DNA from: an uncultured delta proteobacterium
GTDB taxonomy: Bacteria; Desulfobacterota; Desulfobacteria; Desulfobacterales; JAHEIW01
Assembly: GCA_963706575.1 (NCBI GenBank)
Contig: CAVPNL010000003.1
Coordinates: 448,001-512,000, forward strand
DNA: 64,000 bases
Direction of reading: 5' to 3'
Each line of letters begins with the position of its first letter. Positions within the stretch are counted from its first letter, which is position 1. Both the position numbers and the translations under genes were made by a program. Positions 1-10,348 of this stretch are shown piece after piece. Under the pieces are notes generated by a model. That model did no database searches. It was not told where the DNA came from and was given only the letters and a program-made list of their open reading frames with translations.

Positions 1-1461
1 GCTCTTTTCAGCGTCCTTTTCCTGATACAGTGGGTCATTTGTGCTTGCGGGGTCTTGCCGCCAGTGGGCAATGGCGTTGGCATAATAAGACAAAACATCG
101 ACTTCATCGGGAACGATCCTGTAAATTCCCTGCGACTCTTCAACCAGTCTTCTGAGCACCAACATATTTAAAGCGTTTAAAATAGATTCCACCCGCTTGT
201 GGGGCAAAACATACACGTGGGCCCCATCTTCCTGGAGATCCGCAATAAGCCTGTTCACCTGCGTCTGCACTTCAGAAGCCCGCATCCCTTTTGGGCCGGA
301 TGCGAGCATCACAGTCGCCACCAGGGAGACGGGCAGCGCCGGTACCACCTGTTTGATGGCATCCATGAGCCGACCCGCAAGGCTTTCAACTTCTAAAAAC
401 CGGGCGCTACGCTCCAGCTTTGTGAAATCTAAGGTTTTATCCTCGCAATATTGACGCACGGAGACCGGATTCCCAAAATTAACGTAGGCGTAGCCGAATC
501 GCTGCCAGCGGCTCAAAATTATTAGTATAAGGCTTTTCCAGATAAACCCGCAAGTGGTTTTGATGACAAACCACCTGCTGCGCTTTTCGGCGTCAGGATC
601 CAATTCTCGCAAAAGGCTTCGATCTTCCAACGTTCTATCGTAATTAACCCCTACGGGGATAAAAACAATATCCCGATCCTTTAAGGGATCATAACTGCGC
701 AGCATATAATCTAGAAAGCCGAGCTTGGGCGGCCGCATGCATCCGTCACGGCTTAAACCGCCTTCTAAAAATACGGCCTGGCAGACGCCTTCTTTGGTCG
801 CCATATGGACATAACGCTCCAGCACGCGGCGATACAGCGGATCGCTGGAATTGCGCCGCACAAAAAAAGCGCCCATCGCTCGGATGAGGGTCTGCAGGGG
901 CCAGATTTTAGCCCACTCCCCGACCGCATAGGACAGCGTTGTTCTTTCGGCCGCCAGAAAGGCCACCAGGACATAATCCATATTGCTGCGGTGATTCATC
1001 ACAAATATAACGGTGGATTCGGGATCAATAGATGAAAACTGTTCGTCACTGGCGATTCCAATGCGCACGCGGTAAAGCAGCCGCGCGATTTTTTTGGCTA
1101 TCCAGTATCCGATCCGAAAATATAGGTAGGCGTTGAATGACGGCACGATTTCCCGAGCATAAGACATGACCTTCCGTTGCACGATTTCCCGGGGGCACTC
1201 GCGTTCGCGCGCGGTTTCCTGGACAGCCTCTAAGACTTTGGGGTCGTAGACCAGGCGATCAATCAAAACCTGTCGTTTGGTCAACTGGAAGGGTTTGATC
1301 TGAATATCAAGTCGGGAGCTGATTTCATCGATTACGCGATTGATGCGCCGTCGAATAAACCAGCGTGAGCTGGGTATCAGCACCCGTTCCAGTAAGGCCC
1401 AGGCACATACGGCCAACAAAATAATAAAAAGCCAGACTGATATGGTAACTTGACTGCTCAA
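1..1461 (-). CDS. Glycerol-3-phosphate/1-acylglycerol-3-phosphate acyltransferase (PlsB/PlsC-like); 3' end runs off the window
   Basis: Not in the ORF track because no stop lies in the window. Hand translation from TTG at 1461 gives MSSQVTISVWLFIILL..., with the HxxxxD motif (VMNHRSNMDY), GAFFVRR and FLEGGLSRDG acyltransferase blocks. Confidence 0.85.
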   Translation of the reverse strand, partial: MSSQVTISVWLFIILLAVCAWALLERVLIPSSRWFIRRRINRVIDEISSRLDIQIKPFQLTKRQVLIDRLVYDPKVLEAVQETARERECPREIVQRKVMSYAREIVPSFNAYLYFRIGYWIAKKIARLLYRVRIGIASDEQFSSIDPESTVIFVMNHRSNMDYVLVAFLAAERTTLSYAVGEWAKIWPLQTLIRAMGAFFVRRNSSDPLYRRVLERYVHMATKEGVCQAVFLEGGLSRDGCMRPPKLGFLDYMLRSYDPLKDRDIVFIPVGVNYDRTLEDRSLLRELDPDAEKRSRWFVIKTTCGFIWKSLILIILSRWQRFGYAYVNFGNPVSVRQYCEDKTLDFTKLERSARFLEVESLAGRLMDAIKQVVPALPVSLVATVMLASGPKGMRASEVQTQVNRLIADLQEDGAHVYVLPHKRVESILNALNMLVLRRLVEESQGIYRIVPDEVDVLSYYANAIAHWRQDPASTNDPLYQEKDAEKS

Positions 1462-1642
1462 GGAATTATCCTTTCTTTAAATGCAGTCGCATCTTGACGA
1501 ATCGACAACGGCGTGAAATAATTGAATATTAAAAAATAAACAGTGGTGATCGGCTCCGGTCTTTGCTGCCCGGGCATCTGGGCACGTAGCGATAGATCCC
1601 GGGGCTATTATAGGATACCGATCGGAGAATTTAAAGGGGTTT

Positions 1643-2248
1643 TTGATGCAAAAAACAAACTCCGCGAAGAAGCGCTGGCTCTTGGTCATCACCGGCTTTA
1701 TCTTTATTATTCTGATGGGCCTGGTGATTCGCGCGAGTTATCATAATACAAAAAAATATTACCTGAAGTCCGCTGCCGGAGCCGTGGAAATCTGGCAGGG
1801 CACCTTCTCACCGGGGGGAAGAAAGCGGATCCTGATTATGCCCGGCGTGCAGATGCCGGCAGAAATAAAGGACGTCTACGCAAAGCAAGACGTTTATCCG
1901 CTGGCATTTAAATTCTATATCAGCAAAGCTGATGTGATAATGGAAGTTCCGGGCATGCCCGATTTTGTTGGCATCAAGTCCTATCTAAACAGAGCACTAT
2001 CCTTTGCCACAACCGAGGAACTTCATCAGACAGCGCACGCGCGAATCAATCAGATTGATCGCGTAATCCTGCTTTACAAGGCCGATGTGGCCGCCATCAA
2101 AGGCACCCGCAGCGGTCTTGAAACGGCCCTGGACTATCTGGAGCAAGCAGCCAGACTAAATCCAGATGAAATTGAAACCGAACTCATTCAAAAGAAAAAA
2201 GCATCGATTCGTGAATTGCTAGATATACATAAGGAAACGACCCAATAG
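1643..2248 (+). CDS. Hypothetical membrane-anchored protein with helical/TPR-like C-terminus
   Basis: 201-aa ORF with one N-terminal TM segment; C-terminal ALDYLEQAARLNPD resembles a TPR helix; ends 4 nt before the ABC SBP gene. Confidence 0.7.
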   Translation: MMQKTNSAKKRWLLVITGFIFIILMGLVIRASYHNTKKYYLKSAAGAVEIWQGTFSPGGRKRILIMPGVQMPAEIKDVYAKQDVYPLAFKFYISKADVIMEVPGMPDFVGIKSYLNRALSFATTEELHQTAHARINQIDRVILLYKADVAAIKGTRSGLETALDYLEQAARLNPDEIETELIQKKKASIRELLDIHKETTQ

Positions 2249-2252
2249 CAAA

Positions 2253-4382
2253 ATGACGACCAAACGCATTCTCATATTCGCACCCCTGCTGCTCACCCTG
2301 ATCCTGGTCCAATCGTATTTCTGGGTTCCCACTTACGAACAACAGGCAAAAGGCAATCCCGACCGTTTGAGCCAGTATATAAATGCATCGATTGGAGATG
2401 CCGCTATTCTCAATCCGATCTTATCGGCAGACAGCGCCAGCAGCGAGATTGAGGGAAAAGTTTTTGCGGGCCTCCTCGACCGGGATGAGGATCTGAATTT
2501 CAGGGGACGGCTGGCCAAAACCTGGAAAATTTATGAAGAAGCCTATTTTTATGTCAATGCAGCCGCCGACATACCCAGCCTTGGCCGTTTGAATCCGCAA
2601 GCGATTGTAGAACTGTTAGAAAATTCTAAACAAAAAGAAGATCTAGCATCTCCCGCGCTAAAGAAAACACTGGACAACATTAAATTAATTTCGTTGATTC
2701 CGGCGCACACTTACACGGTAACAAGACTAAATAAATCCTCATCTGATGCCAAAAAAACGAGCGCAATAAAAATCGATGTTTCGGCGCCTGCCAGAGTTAA
2801 GCTGGAATTGGATGAAGTCGACCAGGACCTTTTTGCCAATTTAAAACAATTGCTGGGGGATTCATATTTTTCGAGTTTTGACGGGCAGCAATTTTTGACG
2901 ACCCAAACCCCAATCGACGAAGAGCACCTGTCCTATTATGCCCGTGAATTATTGCCGCCAACTGCACACAATCCGGTTATCCTATTCAACCTGCGGGAAA
3001 ACGTTAAATTTCATGACGGCCATATATTTGACGCCCACGATGTCAAGTTCACCTATGAGGCCATTATGGACCCCAAAAATCTCTCGCCGCGCATTTCAGA
3101 CTATGAGCCGGTTAAAAAAGTTGAGGTGATCGATCCGCTTACTGTTCGCATTATTTACAAACGACTTTACTCACCGGCTATTGGAACCTGGGGCATGGGC
3201 ATCCTTCCCGAACACCTCCTCAACTCACAAGCACTTAAGAAAGAAGCGCTGGCCCTGGGCAAGGAGGTGCAGAATTTTTCAATGCGGCAAAGCGGGTTCA
3301 ATCGCCATCCCATCGGATGCGGGCCCTTTGTGTTCCGTGAGTGGAAATCGGACCAGTTTATTGTACTGGACCGTTTTGAAGACTACTGGGAAGGACCACC
3401 GAATTATAAAAAATACATTTTCAGGGTTATCCCGGATCTGCTGACCCAGGAAATGGAGTTTTATGCCGGAACAATAGACAGCTACGGCGTTCAGCCTCAC
3501 CAGGTCAAACGCTTGAAAGCAGACCCCAGATTTCAGGGTTTTTCCGGTACGTCATTCGGCTACACCTATATCGGGTACAACATGCGCCGCAAGCCCTTTG
3601 ATGATCGACGGGTCCGACAAGCCCTGAGCATGGCCATCGATGTAAACAAAATTATTGAATACGTCATTTATAACCAGGGAGAGCGCATTACCGGGCCATT
3701 CCCCAAGCAGACCGATTTTTATAACCCGAATATTTTACCTGTTCCATATGATCCTCAAGGGGCTTTAAAATTATTGGCAAAAGCCGGGTGGCAGCGCAAC
3801 GCCGAAGGCTGGCTTGAAAGAAATGGTCAACGGCTGCAATTCAAGCTCATTACCAACAACGGCAACGATATTCGCAAGGCGATTCTGGCCATTGCGCAGG
3901 ATTCATGGAAGCAAATCGGCATCGATGTTCGCACAGACCTCCTGGAGTGGTCCGTCTTTATTCAGGAACGCGTCAATAAACTGGACTTTGATGCCCTGGT
4001 GCTGGGCTGGTCCATGGGAATCGATCCCGATCTTTACCAGATCTGGCATTCCAGTCAGATCGGACCCCATCAGTTAAACTTTGTCGGTTTTAAAAGTAAA
4101 AAAGCCGATGATCTCATCATAAAAATAAGACAGGAATATAATCAAGAACAACAGGCCAGGTATTGCCATCGCTTGCATCAGATCATCGCCGACGAACAAC
4201 CTTATACGTTTCTGTACGTCGGCAAATGGACAGCGATTTTGGACAAGCGAATTGTGATACTCAACAGCGATGATCCGGCAAAAATCGCTTATGAAAAAAT
4301 CACACCGACAAAAACCGGTGACTATACCTTTCATTTCAACAAATGGATCAAACTCGCAGAAATGCCGGAGCTTAAGCCATAA
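2253..4382 (+). CDS. Peptide/nickel-type ABC transporter substrate-binding protein (family 5), unusually long
   Basis: LRENVKFHDG, PIGCGPF, DRRVRQALSMAID and other family-5 SBP motifs; 709 aa. Confidence 0.92.
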   Translation: MTTKRILIFAPLLLTLILVQSYFWVPTYEQQAKGNPDRLSQYINASIGDAAILNPILSADSASSEIEGKVFAGLLDRDEDLNFRGRLAKTWKIYEEAYFYVNAAADIPSLGRLNPQAIVELLENSKQKEDLASPALKKTLDNIKLISLIPAHTYTVTRLNKSSSDAKKTSAIKIDVSAPARVKLELDEVDQDLFANLKQLLGDSYFSSFDGQQFLTTQTPIDEEHLSYYARELLPPTAHNPVILFNLRENVKFHDGHIFDAHDVKFTYEAIMDPKNLSPRISDYEPVKKVEVIDPLTVRIIYKRLYSPAIGTWGMGILPEHLLNSQALKKEALALGKEVQNFSMRQSGFNRHPIGCGPFVFREWKSDQFIVLDRFEDYWEGPPNYKKYIFRVIPDLLTQEMEFYAGTIDSYGVQPHQVKRLKADPRFQGFSGTSFGYTYIGYNMRRKPFDDRRVRQALSMAIDVNKIIEYVIYNQGERITGPFPKQTDFYNPNILPVPYDPQGALKLLAKAGWQRNAEGWLERNGQRLQFKLITNNGNDIRKAILAIAQDSWKQIGIDVRTDLLEWSVFIQERVNKLDFDALVLGWSMGIDPDLYQIWHSSQIGPHQLNFVGFKSKKADDLIIKIRQEYNQEQQARYCHRLHQIIADEQPYTFLYVGKWTAILDKRIVILNSDDPAKIAYEKITPTKTGDYTFHFNKWIKLAEMPELKP

Positions 4383-4400
4383 TAATTAAAGGAATTTGAG

Positions 4401-5360
4401 ATGTTGTCATTTATCGGGCGCAGCACGGTCCAGAAGATTATTACGCTATTCTTTGTTTCCATCGTTTCATTTTTAATCATTCACCTGGCGCCCGGTGAGC
4501 CCAGCCAGGTGGATCCCCTGAATCCCAAATTCACTCCCGAAATGGTTGAAAAATTTCGCCAAGCCTTTCATCTGGATGAACCGCTTTATAGACAGTATCT
4601 CTATTTTTACCGCGACCTGTTCAGCGGCAAAACGATTTCGTGGAAGGATAGTCAGCCGGTACTTAAAAAGATCTGGGAGCGTTTTTTAAACAGCCTGCCC
4701 CTGTTTATTGTTGGAACGATCCTTACCTGGACTATTTCTTTTCCGGTCGGAATCCGCTCGGCACTTTTCAGAGGCGGAATATATGACCGCAGCTCAACGT
4801 TTTTTGCTTATCTTTTAATCTCAATTCCGGGCTTCTTTTTTGCCTACATCCTGATTATTTTTGTTGTCACTCAATTTCAGGTGCCGGTTATCGGGATGGA
4901 GACATTTGGCATTGGCGACACCGCCTGGTCGAACAGGGCCATGGACAGGCTCTGGCATCTGCTGCTGCCTTCACTTCTGGGTGCCACCGGCGGCATTGCC
5001 GTGCTTTCACGCTATGTTCGCAGCCAGATGCTGGAGGTCGAAGGCCAGGATTATGTCCGCACTGCCAAAGCCAAGGGACTGACACCGGATCAGGTGCATT
5101 ATAAGCACGCCCTGCGCAACGCCCTGCTGCCGTTTGTGACCATGTTTGGACTGATTCTGCCCGGCCTGATCGGCGGATCCGTCATTATCGAATCAATATT
5201 CGCATGGCCGGGTATGGGCAGAATGGCCTATGAAGCCATCCTTGCCAGAGACTATCCGGTAATTCTAACCATTAACTTCGTTTCGGCGGTGCTGGTGCTT
5301 GTCGGCACTTTTATTTCGGACCTGCTTTACCTGATAGTTGATCCCAGGATACGATTGTAA
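4401..5360 (+). CDS. Oligopeptide/dipeptide ABC permease (OppB/DppB-like)
   Basis: DYVRTAKAKGL EAA loop; IESIFAWPGMG; DPRIR C-terminus. Confidence 0.93.
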   Translation: MLSFIGRSTVQKIITLFFVSIVSFLIIHLAPGEPSQVDPLNPKFTPEMVEKFRQAFHLDEPLYRQYLYFYRDLFSGKTISWKDSQPVLKKIWERFLNSLPLFIVGTILTWTISFPVGIRSALFRGGIYDRSSTFFAYLLISIPGFFFAYILIIFVVTQFQVPVIGMETFGIGDTAWSNRAMDRLWHLLLPSLLGATGGIAVLSRYVRSQMLEVEGQDYVRTAKAKGLTPDQVHYKHALRNALLPFVTMFGLILPGLIGGSVIIESIFAWPGMGRMAYEAILARDYPVILTINFVSAVLVLVGTFISDLLYLIVDPRIRL

Positions 5361-6532
5361 TGGATGTGAACCCCTATACAGCATCAAAGGATTACCAGCT
5401 GGATGAACCGCTGGCGCCCAAACGGACCCGTTTCGAGGAGTTCTGGCGTCTTTTCAAGCAAAACAAACTGGCAATAGCAGGAATGGTTTTTTTCATCCTA
5501 TTCTTTGTCGTTGCCATCATCGGTCTGGCATTGACCTCCGGTAATGACCCTTTTCTCGATCCTGCCCAGGTGCGCCTGCAGGAAAAGTTACGTCCACCAC
5601 TGACAAAGCCCAATTTTGAAATGCTGCAGCCCAACGAAGTCCCGACGCTGGGCATCTATATATTTGGAACCGATGACCTGGGGCGCGATGTCTTTGCCAG
5701 AATGCTTCAGGGTTCCTGGGTATCGTTGACCGTCGGCTTTGTGGCAGTGGGCATCGCTATTATTATCGGGATATTCCTGGGCGGAATAGCAGGCTATTAC
5801 GGCCAACGCCATATTCAGATCAACCAGCTGATTGTCGGCGGATTTTTAGCCGCAGGCCTGCTCTTAATAATCTTTGGTCTTTTTTGGGTGGGTGTGGTGC
5901 TTTTAATTGTCAGTTCAGCCTGCAATATATTATCGTTTTTGATAAAAAAATCAGCTGACACCAAAGCCAAACCCGCCTGGAAACGCCTCTGGTACTTCAA
6001 TACCATCTCGGTCGATACGCTGATTATGCGCTTTGTGGATATCATGCTGTGTTTCCCCAGCTTTTTCTTGATTCTCACGGTCGTGGCGCTGCTGCCGGCC
6101 AGCATTTACAATATTATGATCATCATTGGATTAACGAGCTGGATGGGAACCACGCGGTTTGTGCGTGCAGAATTTCTTTCATTGCGGGAACAGGATTTTG
6201 TGGCCGCCGCCCGGGCACTGGGACTGAACGATTATCGAATCATCTTTCGCCATATGATGCCCAATGCCGTTGCACCGGTGTTGGTTTCGGCAACGATCGG
6301 TATTGCATCCGCGATTTTAACCGAAGCCGGTCTAAGTTTTCTCGGATTCGGCGTCCCACCCCCGCATGCCACCTGGGGAAATATTTTATCAGGCGGTAAA
6401 GGATTTATTTTTGATGCCCCCTGGCTGACCTTCGTGCCGGGATTCGCCATATTGATTGTGGTACTATCCTTTAACCTTTTTGGAGAAGGCTTACGCGACG
6501 TGTTGAATCCGAAGCTGCGCGAAAGACAATAA
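5360..6532 (+). CDS. Oligopeptide/dipeptide ABC permease (OppC/DppC-like)
   Basis: FGTDDLGRDVFAR, DFVAAARALG, EAGLSFLGFG, GEGLRDVLNP. Confidence 0.93.
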   Translation: MDVNPYTASKDYQLDEPLAPKRTRFEEFWRLFKQNKLAIAGMVFFILFFVVAIIGLALTSGNDPFLDPAQVRLQEKLRPPLTKPNFEMLQPNEVPTLGIYIFGTDDLGRDVFARMLQGSWVSLTVGFVAVGIAIIIGIFLGGIAGYYGQRHIQINQLIVGGFLAAGLLLIIFGLFWVGVVLLIVSSACNILSFLIKKSADTKAKPAWKRLWYFNTISVDTLIMRFVDIMLCFPSFFLILTVVALLPASIYNIMIIIGLTSWMGTTRFVRAEFLSLREQDFVAAARALGLNDYRIIFRHMMPNAVAPVLVSATIGIASAILTEAGLSFLGFGVPPPHATWGNILSGGKGFIFDAPWLTFVPGFAILIVVLSFNLFGEGLRDVLNPKLRERQ

Positions 6533-6534
6533 AG

Positions 6535-6700
6535 AAATGACTAAAATTTAAAATGCCTAAAATTGTAAAATTATGTCTTTTGAATTCTTGTATTAAATAA
6601 TGCTATCGGTGTGTACGGTAAATTATGAGACAAAAAAAGAGGGAGCGAAGCGAAACCATAACTTTAGGCATTTTAGACATTTTAGGTCATTTTAGGCATT
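6535..6700. mobile_element. Family A intergenic element (inverted AAATGCCTA-type 9-mer arrays)
   Basis: Left arm aaatgactaaaa..aatgcctaaaatt; right arm gagcgaagcgaaaccataactttaggcattttagacattttaggtcattttaggcatt. Shares its right arm with the 25156 and 33759 copies. Confidence 0.75.
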
Positions 6701-6752
6701 GGTAGCATTATTGTCTGCCTGGAGAACGTTTACCAAAGACGCCAACACTTAA

Positions 6753-7769
6753 ATGGTTATGAAAACCTTGAATAACGAAATCTTGCTTTCCGTAGAAGAT
6801 TTAAAAGTTTACTTTCGCAGTGAGGATGAAGTTGCACGGGCTGTAGATGGCGTCAGCTTCGATGTACGCAGGGAAGAAACCATCTGCCTGGTGGGTGAGT
6901 CCGGTTGCGGTAAAACTGTAACCGCCCTCAGCGTAATGGGTCTGGTGCCGATCCCGCCCGGCGAAATTGCAGACGGCAGAGTTTTATTTCGCGATCAAAA
7001 CCTGCTGGATTTCAATGACAGCGAAATGCAAAAAATCCGCGGCAATCAGATTGCCATGGTATTTCAGGAACCCCTGACATCCTTGAATCCGGTCTTTACC
7101 ATCGGCGATCAGATCGGCGAGGCCATTCGCACGCATGAAGACGTACCCGAGAGCGAGGTCACCGGTCGCAGCGAGCAACTATTAAAAGACGTCGGTATCG
7201 CTTCGCCGGCAGAGCGCCTAAGTGATTATCCCCATCAACTCAGCGGCGGGCAGCGTCAGCGCGTCATGATTGCCATGGCCCTGGCCTGCAGCCCGGACTT
7301 GATCATCGCTGATGAGCCCACCACGGCGCTGGATGTCACTGTACAGGCCCAAATTTTGCGCCTGCTGGGCTCAATTCAAAAACAACGCTCGATGTCGGTT
7401 TTGTATATCACCCATGACCTGGGTGTGGTCTCAAAGATAGCCGATCGCGTGAGCGTCATGTATGCCGGCATCATCGCAGAACAGGGAAACCGGCAAGATA
7501 TTTTCAAAAACCCAAAACATCCCTACACTCAGGCGCTGCTGGCATCGCTTCCCAATCGAGAAAAAAGGGGCCAGCGGCTATACAGCATCCCGGGAACGGT
7601 GCCAAATCCGGCCTATAAACCCAGTGGTTGCCCATTTCATCCGCGGTGCCAATACGCAATTCAAAACTGCCGTGAACAATACCCGGGAATGTGTGGTTAC
7701 GGAGACGGACACAACGCGCGCTGTCCGGTAATTTTCGATGGCGGTCAGGAAAATTGGGGTAAGCAATAG
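6753..7769 (+). CDS. Oligopeptide ABC ATP-binding protein (OppD/DppD-like)
   Basis: GESGCGKT Walker [21 protein letters not shown]-terminal GCPFHPRC. Confidence 0.95.
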   Translation: MVMKTLNNEILLSVEDLKVYFRSEDEVARAVDGVSFDVRREETICLVGESGCGKTVTALSVMGLVPIPPGEIADGRVLFRDQNLLDFNDSEMQKIRGNQIAMVFQEPLTSLNPVFTIGDQIGEAIRTHEDVPESEVTGRSEQLLKDVGIASPAERLSDYPHQLSGGQRQRVMIAMALACSPDLIIADEPTTALDVTVQAQILRLLGSIQKQRSMSVLYITHDLGVVSKIADRVSVMYAGIIAEQGNRQDIFKNPKHPYTQALLASLPNREKRGQRLYSIPGTVPNPAYKPSGCPFHPRCQYAIQNCREQYPGMCGYGDGHNARCPVIFDGGQENWGKQ

Positions 7770-7788
7770 AATGAAATGGGGCAATCTT

Positions 7789-7894
7789 GATTTTGGAATT
7801 TCGATTTTGGATTTTGGATTGAAAGGGCTGGGAATTGATGCGTTGTGATTTAGTCGGTGGTTAAATCCAAAATCCGAGATCTAAAATCCAAAAT
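7789..7894. repeat. Inverted heptamer tandem arrays (GATTTTG / CAAAATC)
   Basis: gattttggaatttcgattttggattttggatt ... aatccaaaatccgagatctaaaatccaaaat between oppD and oppF. Confidence 0.8.
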
Positions 7895-8929
7895 ATGAAT
7901 GAATTCGATTATCTTATGAATGAAATTTCATCACGCAATGCCACCATTCTTCAGGTTGAAGATCTGAAAAAATACTTTCCTATCCGCAGAGGATTTTTCC
8001 AGCGGATTGCCAGCTGGGTCCGGGCGGTGGAAAACGTATCCTTTATGATCAAAGGCGGCAAAACGCTTGGGCTGGTGGGTGAAAGCGGATGCGGCAAAAC
8101 AACGGTTGCCAGGCTAATCTTAAAACTCTTAGAAGCTGACGAAGGTAAAATTTTCTTTGCCGGGCAGGATATCACCGATCTTAGCGAAGCGGAAATGAAG
8201 CCCTTGCGTAAAGAAATCCAGATCATCTTTCAAGATCCTTACGGCTCTTTGAATCCAAGAATGACCGTCGGTCAATCCATTGCCGAGGGACTTAAAATCG
8301 CCGGCATTGATAATCGCACAGAGATGCAACAGCGCCTTGAAAAACTCCTGAAAATGGTCGGCATGTCACCGGCCGCCATCGATCGCTTCCCGCATGAATT
8401 CAGCGGCGGTCAGCGCCAGAGAATCGGCATTGCGCGCGCATTAAGTGTGGAACCGGCCTTGATTATTTGTGACGAGCCCGTATCGGCACTGGATGTATCG
8501 ATCCAGGCCCAGATCATTAACCTTTTAAAAGACCTGCAGACACAGCTGAACCTGAGTTACCTTTTTATCTCCCATGATCTAAATGTGGTGGGCTATCTTT
8601 GCGATATGGTGGCGGTGATGTACAAGGGCCATATTATGGAATATTCACCCGCCGATGAGCTCTTTGACAATCCCGTACACCCCTATACCCATCTGCTGCT
8701 TTCCGCCATTCCGGGCTCCGCACGAAGCCCGATAAAAGGCATGAATGCGATAGGAGATGAGCCTGCGAACACCCTGAACCCACCTGCCGGCTGCAGCTTC
8801 CAGGATCGCTGCCCCATCAGTGAAAACCGCTGCAAAAAATCCCTCATTGATTTTGAAAAAATCGGCGAAGACCATCTGGTTCGCTGCTGGAAAACGGTCA
8901 AAGACGGCTCTTATCAATTTTTCTCTTGA
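7895..8929 (+). CDS. Oligopeptide ABC ATP-binding protein (OppF/DppF-like); true start may be 7916
   Basis: [34 protein letters not shown]. Confidence 0.95.
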   Translation: MNEFDYLMNEISSRNATILQVEDLKKYFPIRRGFFQRIASWVRAVENVSFMIKGGKTLGLVGESGCGKTTVARLILKLLEADEGKIFFAGQDITDLSEAEMKPLRKEIQIIFQDPYGSLNPRMTVGQSIAEGLKIAGIDNRTEMQQRLEKLLKMVGMSPAAIDRFPHEFSGGQRQRIGIARALSVEPALIICDEPVSALDVSIQAQIINLLKDLQTQLNLSYLFISHDLNVVGYLCDMVAVMYKGHIMEYSPADELFDNPVHPYTHLLLSAIPGSARSPIKGMNAIGDEPANTLNPPAGCSFQDRCPISENRCKKSLIDFEKIGEDHLVRCWKTVKDGSYQFFS

Positions 8930-9006
8930 TTCCTTCCGAAAAATTTTTAATTTTAATCAGCAAGGCGCCATGCTAAAAGAATAGCAACGCGAAAGGAAAC
9001 CGATAC

Positions 9007-10206
9007 GTGTACAACACCGATACCAATACCCCTCAGTCTGAAATCGATCAAAGGATTGAAAAATTAAGAAACCAGCTTGAGGAGAACAATATTGGCGCCG
9101 CCCTGTTGGTTCAGCGGGCGGATCTGCTTTATTTTGCAGGAAGCGTTCAAGAAGCCCATCTTTACGTGCCGGTTGATGAAGAACCGATTTTTATGGTTTT
9201 TAAAAGCCTAGACCGGGCGATTGCAGAATCATCATTGAGTCGCATTGTTCCTTTAGCCTCACCCAAGGCTGTACCTGATTTACTGGATCAGTACGGATAC
9301 AAAGTCCCACCCGTCATCGGAATGGAACTGGATGTTTTGCCCGCCAGCTTATTTTTTTCCTACCAAAAGGTATTTGAAGAAAAAAATCTGGTTGATATTT
9401 CCCATTTTATTCGGCTGGTAAGAGCCGTTAAATCTCCTTATGAAATTGATATGATGCGCCGGGCCGCTGAACGATCCGATCAGGTGGCCGCCTGCGTTCC
9501 AGAGCTTCTGCGCGAAGGAATGACCGAACTCGAACTGGCCGGAAAGGTTGAAGCTCAAGCCCGCAAACTGGGGCACCAGGGGATTGTTCGCATGCGTTAT
9601 TGGGGCGGGGAAGTGTTTTACGGGCACCTGATGGCCGGACCATCGGGTGCCGTACCCAGTTTCCCGCGCTCGCCTACCGGCGGCAGTGGTGCCAGCCCGG
9701 CAGTTGCCCAGGGTCCGGGTTTCAGACCCATCCAGCGTCATGAACCGGTGCTGGTAGACTATGTGTTTGCGCTAAACGGCTATTATTCGGACCATACCCG
9801 CATCTTTTCGATAGGAGAACCCGCCGCTGAGATGGTAGCGGCCCATACCGCCATGCTGGATGTTCAGGCCCTCATAAAAAGGGAAGCCAGACCGGGCGTT
9901 AAATCCGGCGATATTTATGAGCTGGCCATTGAGCGTACACGCACGCTGGGATACGATAAATATTTTATGGGGGTGGGCGAAGAACGCATCCGCTTTGTCG
10001 GGCATGGTATCGGTGTCGAGCTGGATGAATACCCTTTTTTGGCATCCGGCCAAACACTTGAACTTCAGGAGAATATGATCCTGGCACTGGAGCCCAAGTT
10101 GATTTTCCCGGGCCAAGGTGTCGTCGGCATTGAGAACACCCACCGGGTTACTGAAAACGGGTTAGAGCAATTCGGACATTTTCAGGATGAAATATTTGTT
10201 GTTTGA
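9007..10206 (+). CDS. Xaa-Pro aminopeptidase/prolidase family (M24) peptidase
   Basis: Creatinase-like N domain; RAVKSPYEI, GYYSDHTR, GHGIGVELDE, LEPK, GIENT metal ligands. Confidence 0.9.
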   Translation: MYNTDTNTPQSEIDQRIEKLRNQLEENNIGAALLVQRADLLYFAGSVQEAHLYVPVDEEPIFMVFKSLDRAIAESSLSRIVPLASPKAVPDLLDQYGYKVPPVIGMELDVLPASLFFSYQKVFEEKNLVDISHFIRLVRAVKSPYEIDMMRRAAERSDQVAACVPELLREGMTELELAGKVEAQARKLGHQGIVRMRYWGGEVFYGHLMAGPSGAVPSFPRSPTGGSGASPAVAQGPGFRPIQRHEPVLVDYVFALNGYYSDHTRIFSIGEPAAEMVAAHTAMLDVQALIKREARPGVKSGDIYELAIERTRTLGYDKYFMGVGEERIRFVGHGIGVELDEYPFLASGQTLELQENMILALEPKLIFPGQGVVGIENTHRVTENGLEQFGHFQDEIFVV

Positions 10207-10210
10207 CTTG

Positions 10211-10321
10211 AACCGCAGAATATCGAAGTAGGGCGGCCCTCTGCGGCCGCCATTCCCAGGCCGGCACAGAGGCCGGCCCTACTTCTGCGGTTGGACATTC
10301 CTTGTTCGATATTCGATATTC
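10211..10321. repeat. Heptamer-type element (AATATCG) with a nested inverted GTAG-REP pair at 10228-10282
   Basis: aaccgcagaa...ttctgcggtt outer stem; ttcgatattcgatattc heptamers; inner GTAGGGCGGCCCTCTGCGGCCGCC ... GGCCGGCACAGAGGCCGGCCCTAC. Confidence 0.75.
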
Positions 10322-10348
10322 AAAACAACATCTACGAGGTAAACCTTT

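Noticed and set aside
197..1035. Short ORFs at the left edge
   Set aside because: They are shadows of the minus-strand acyltransferase that runs off the window.
6661..6700. TTAGGC resemblance to nematode telomeric repeats or eukaryotic contamination
   Set aside because: The period is 9-10 nt rather than 6, and the arrays are short, inverted and embedded in bacterial operons.
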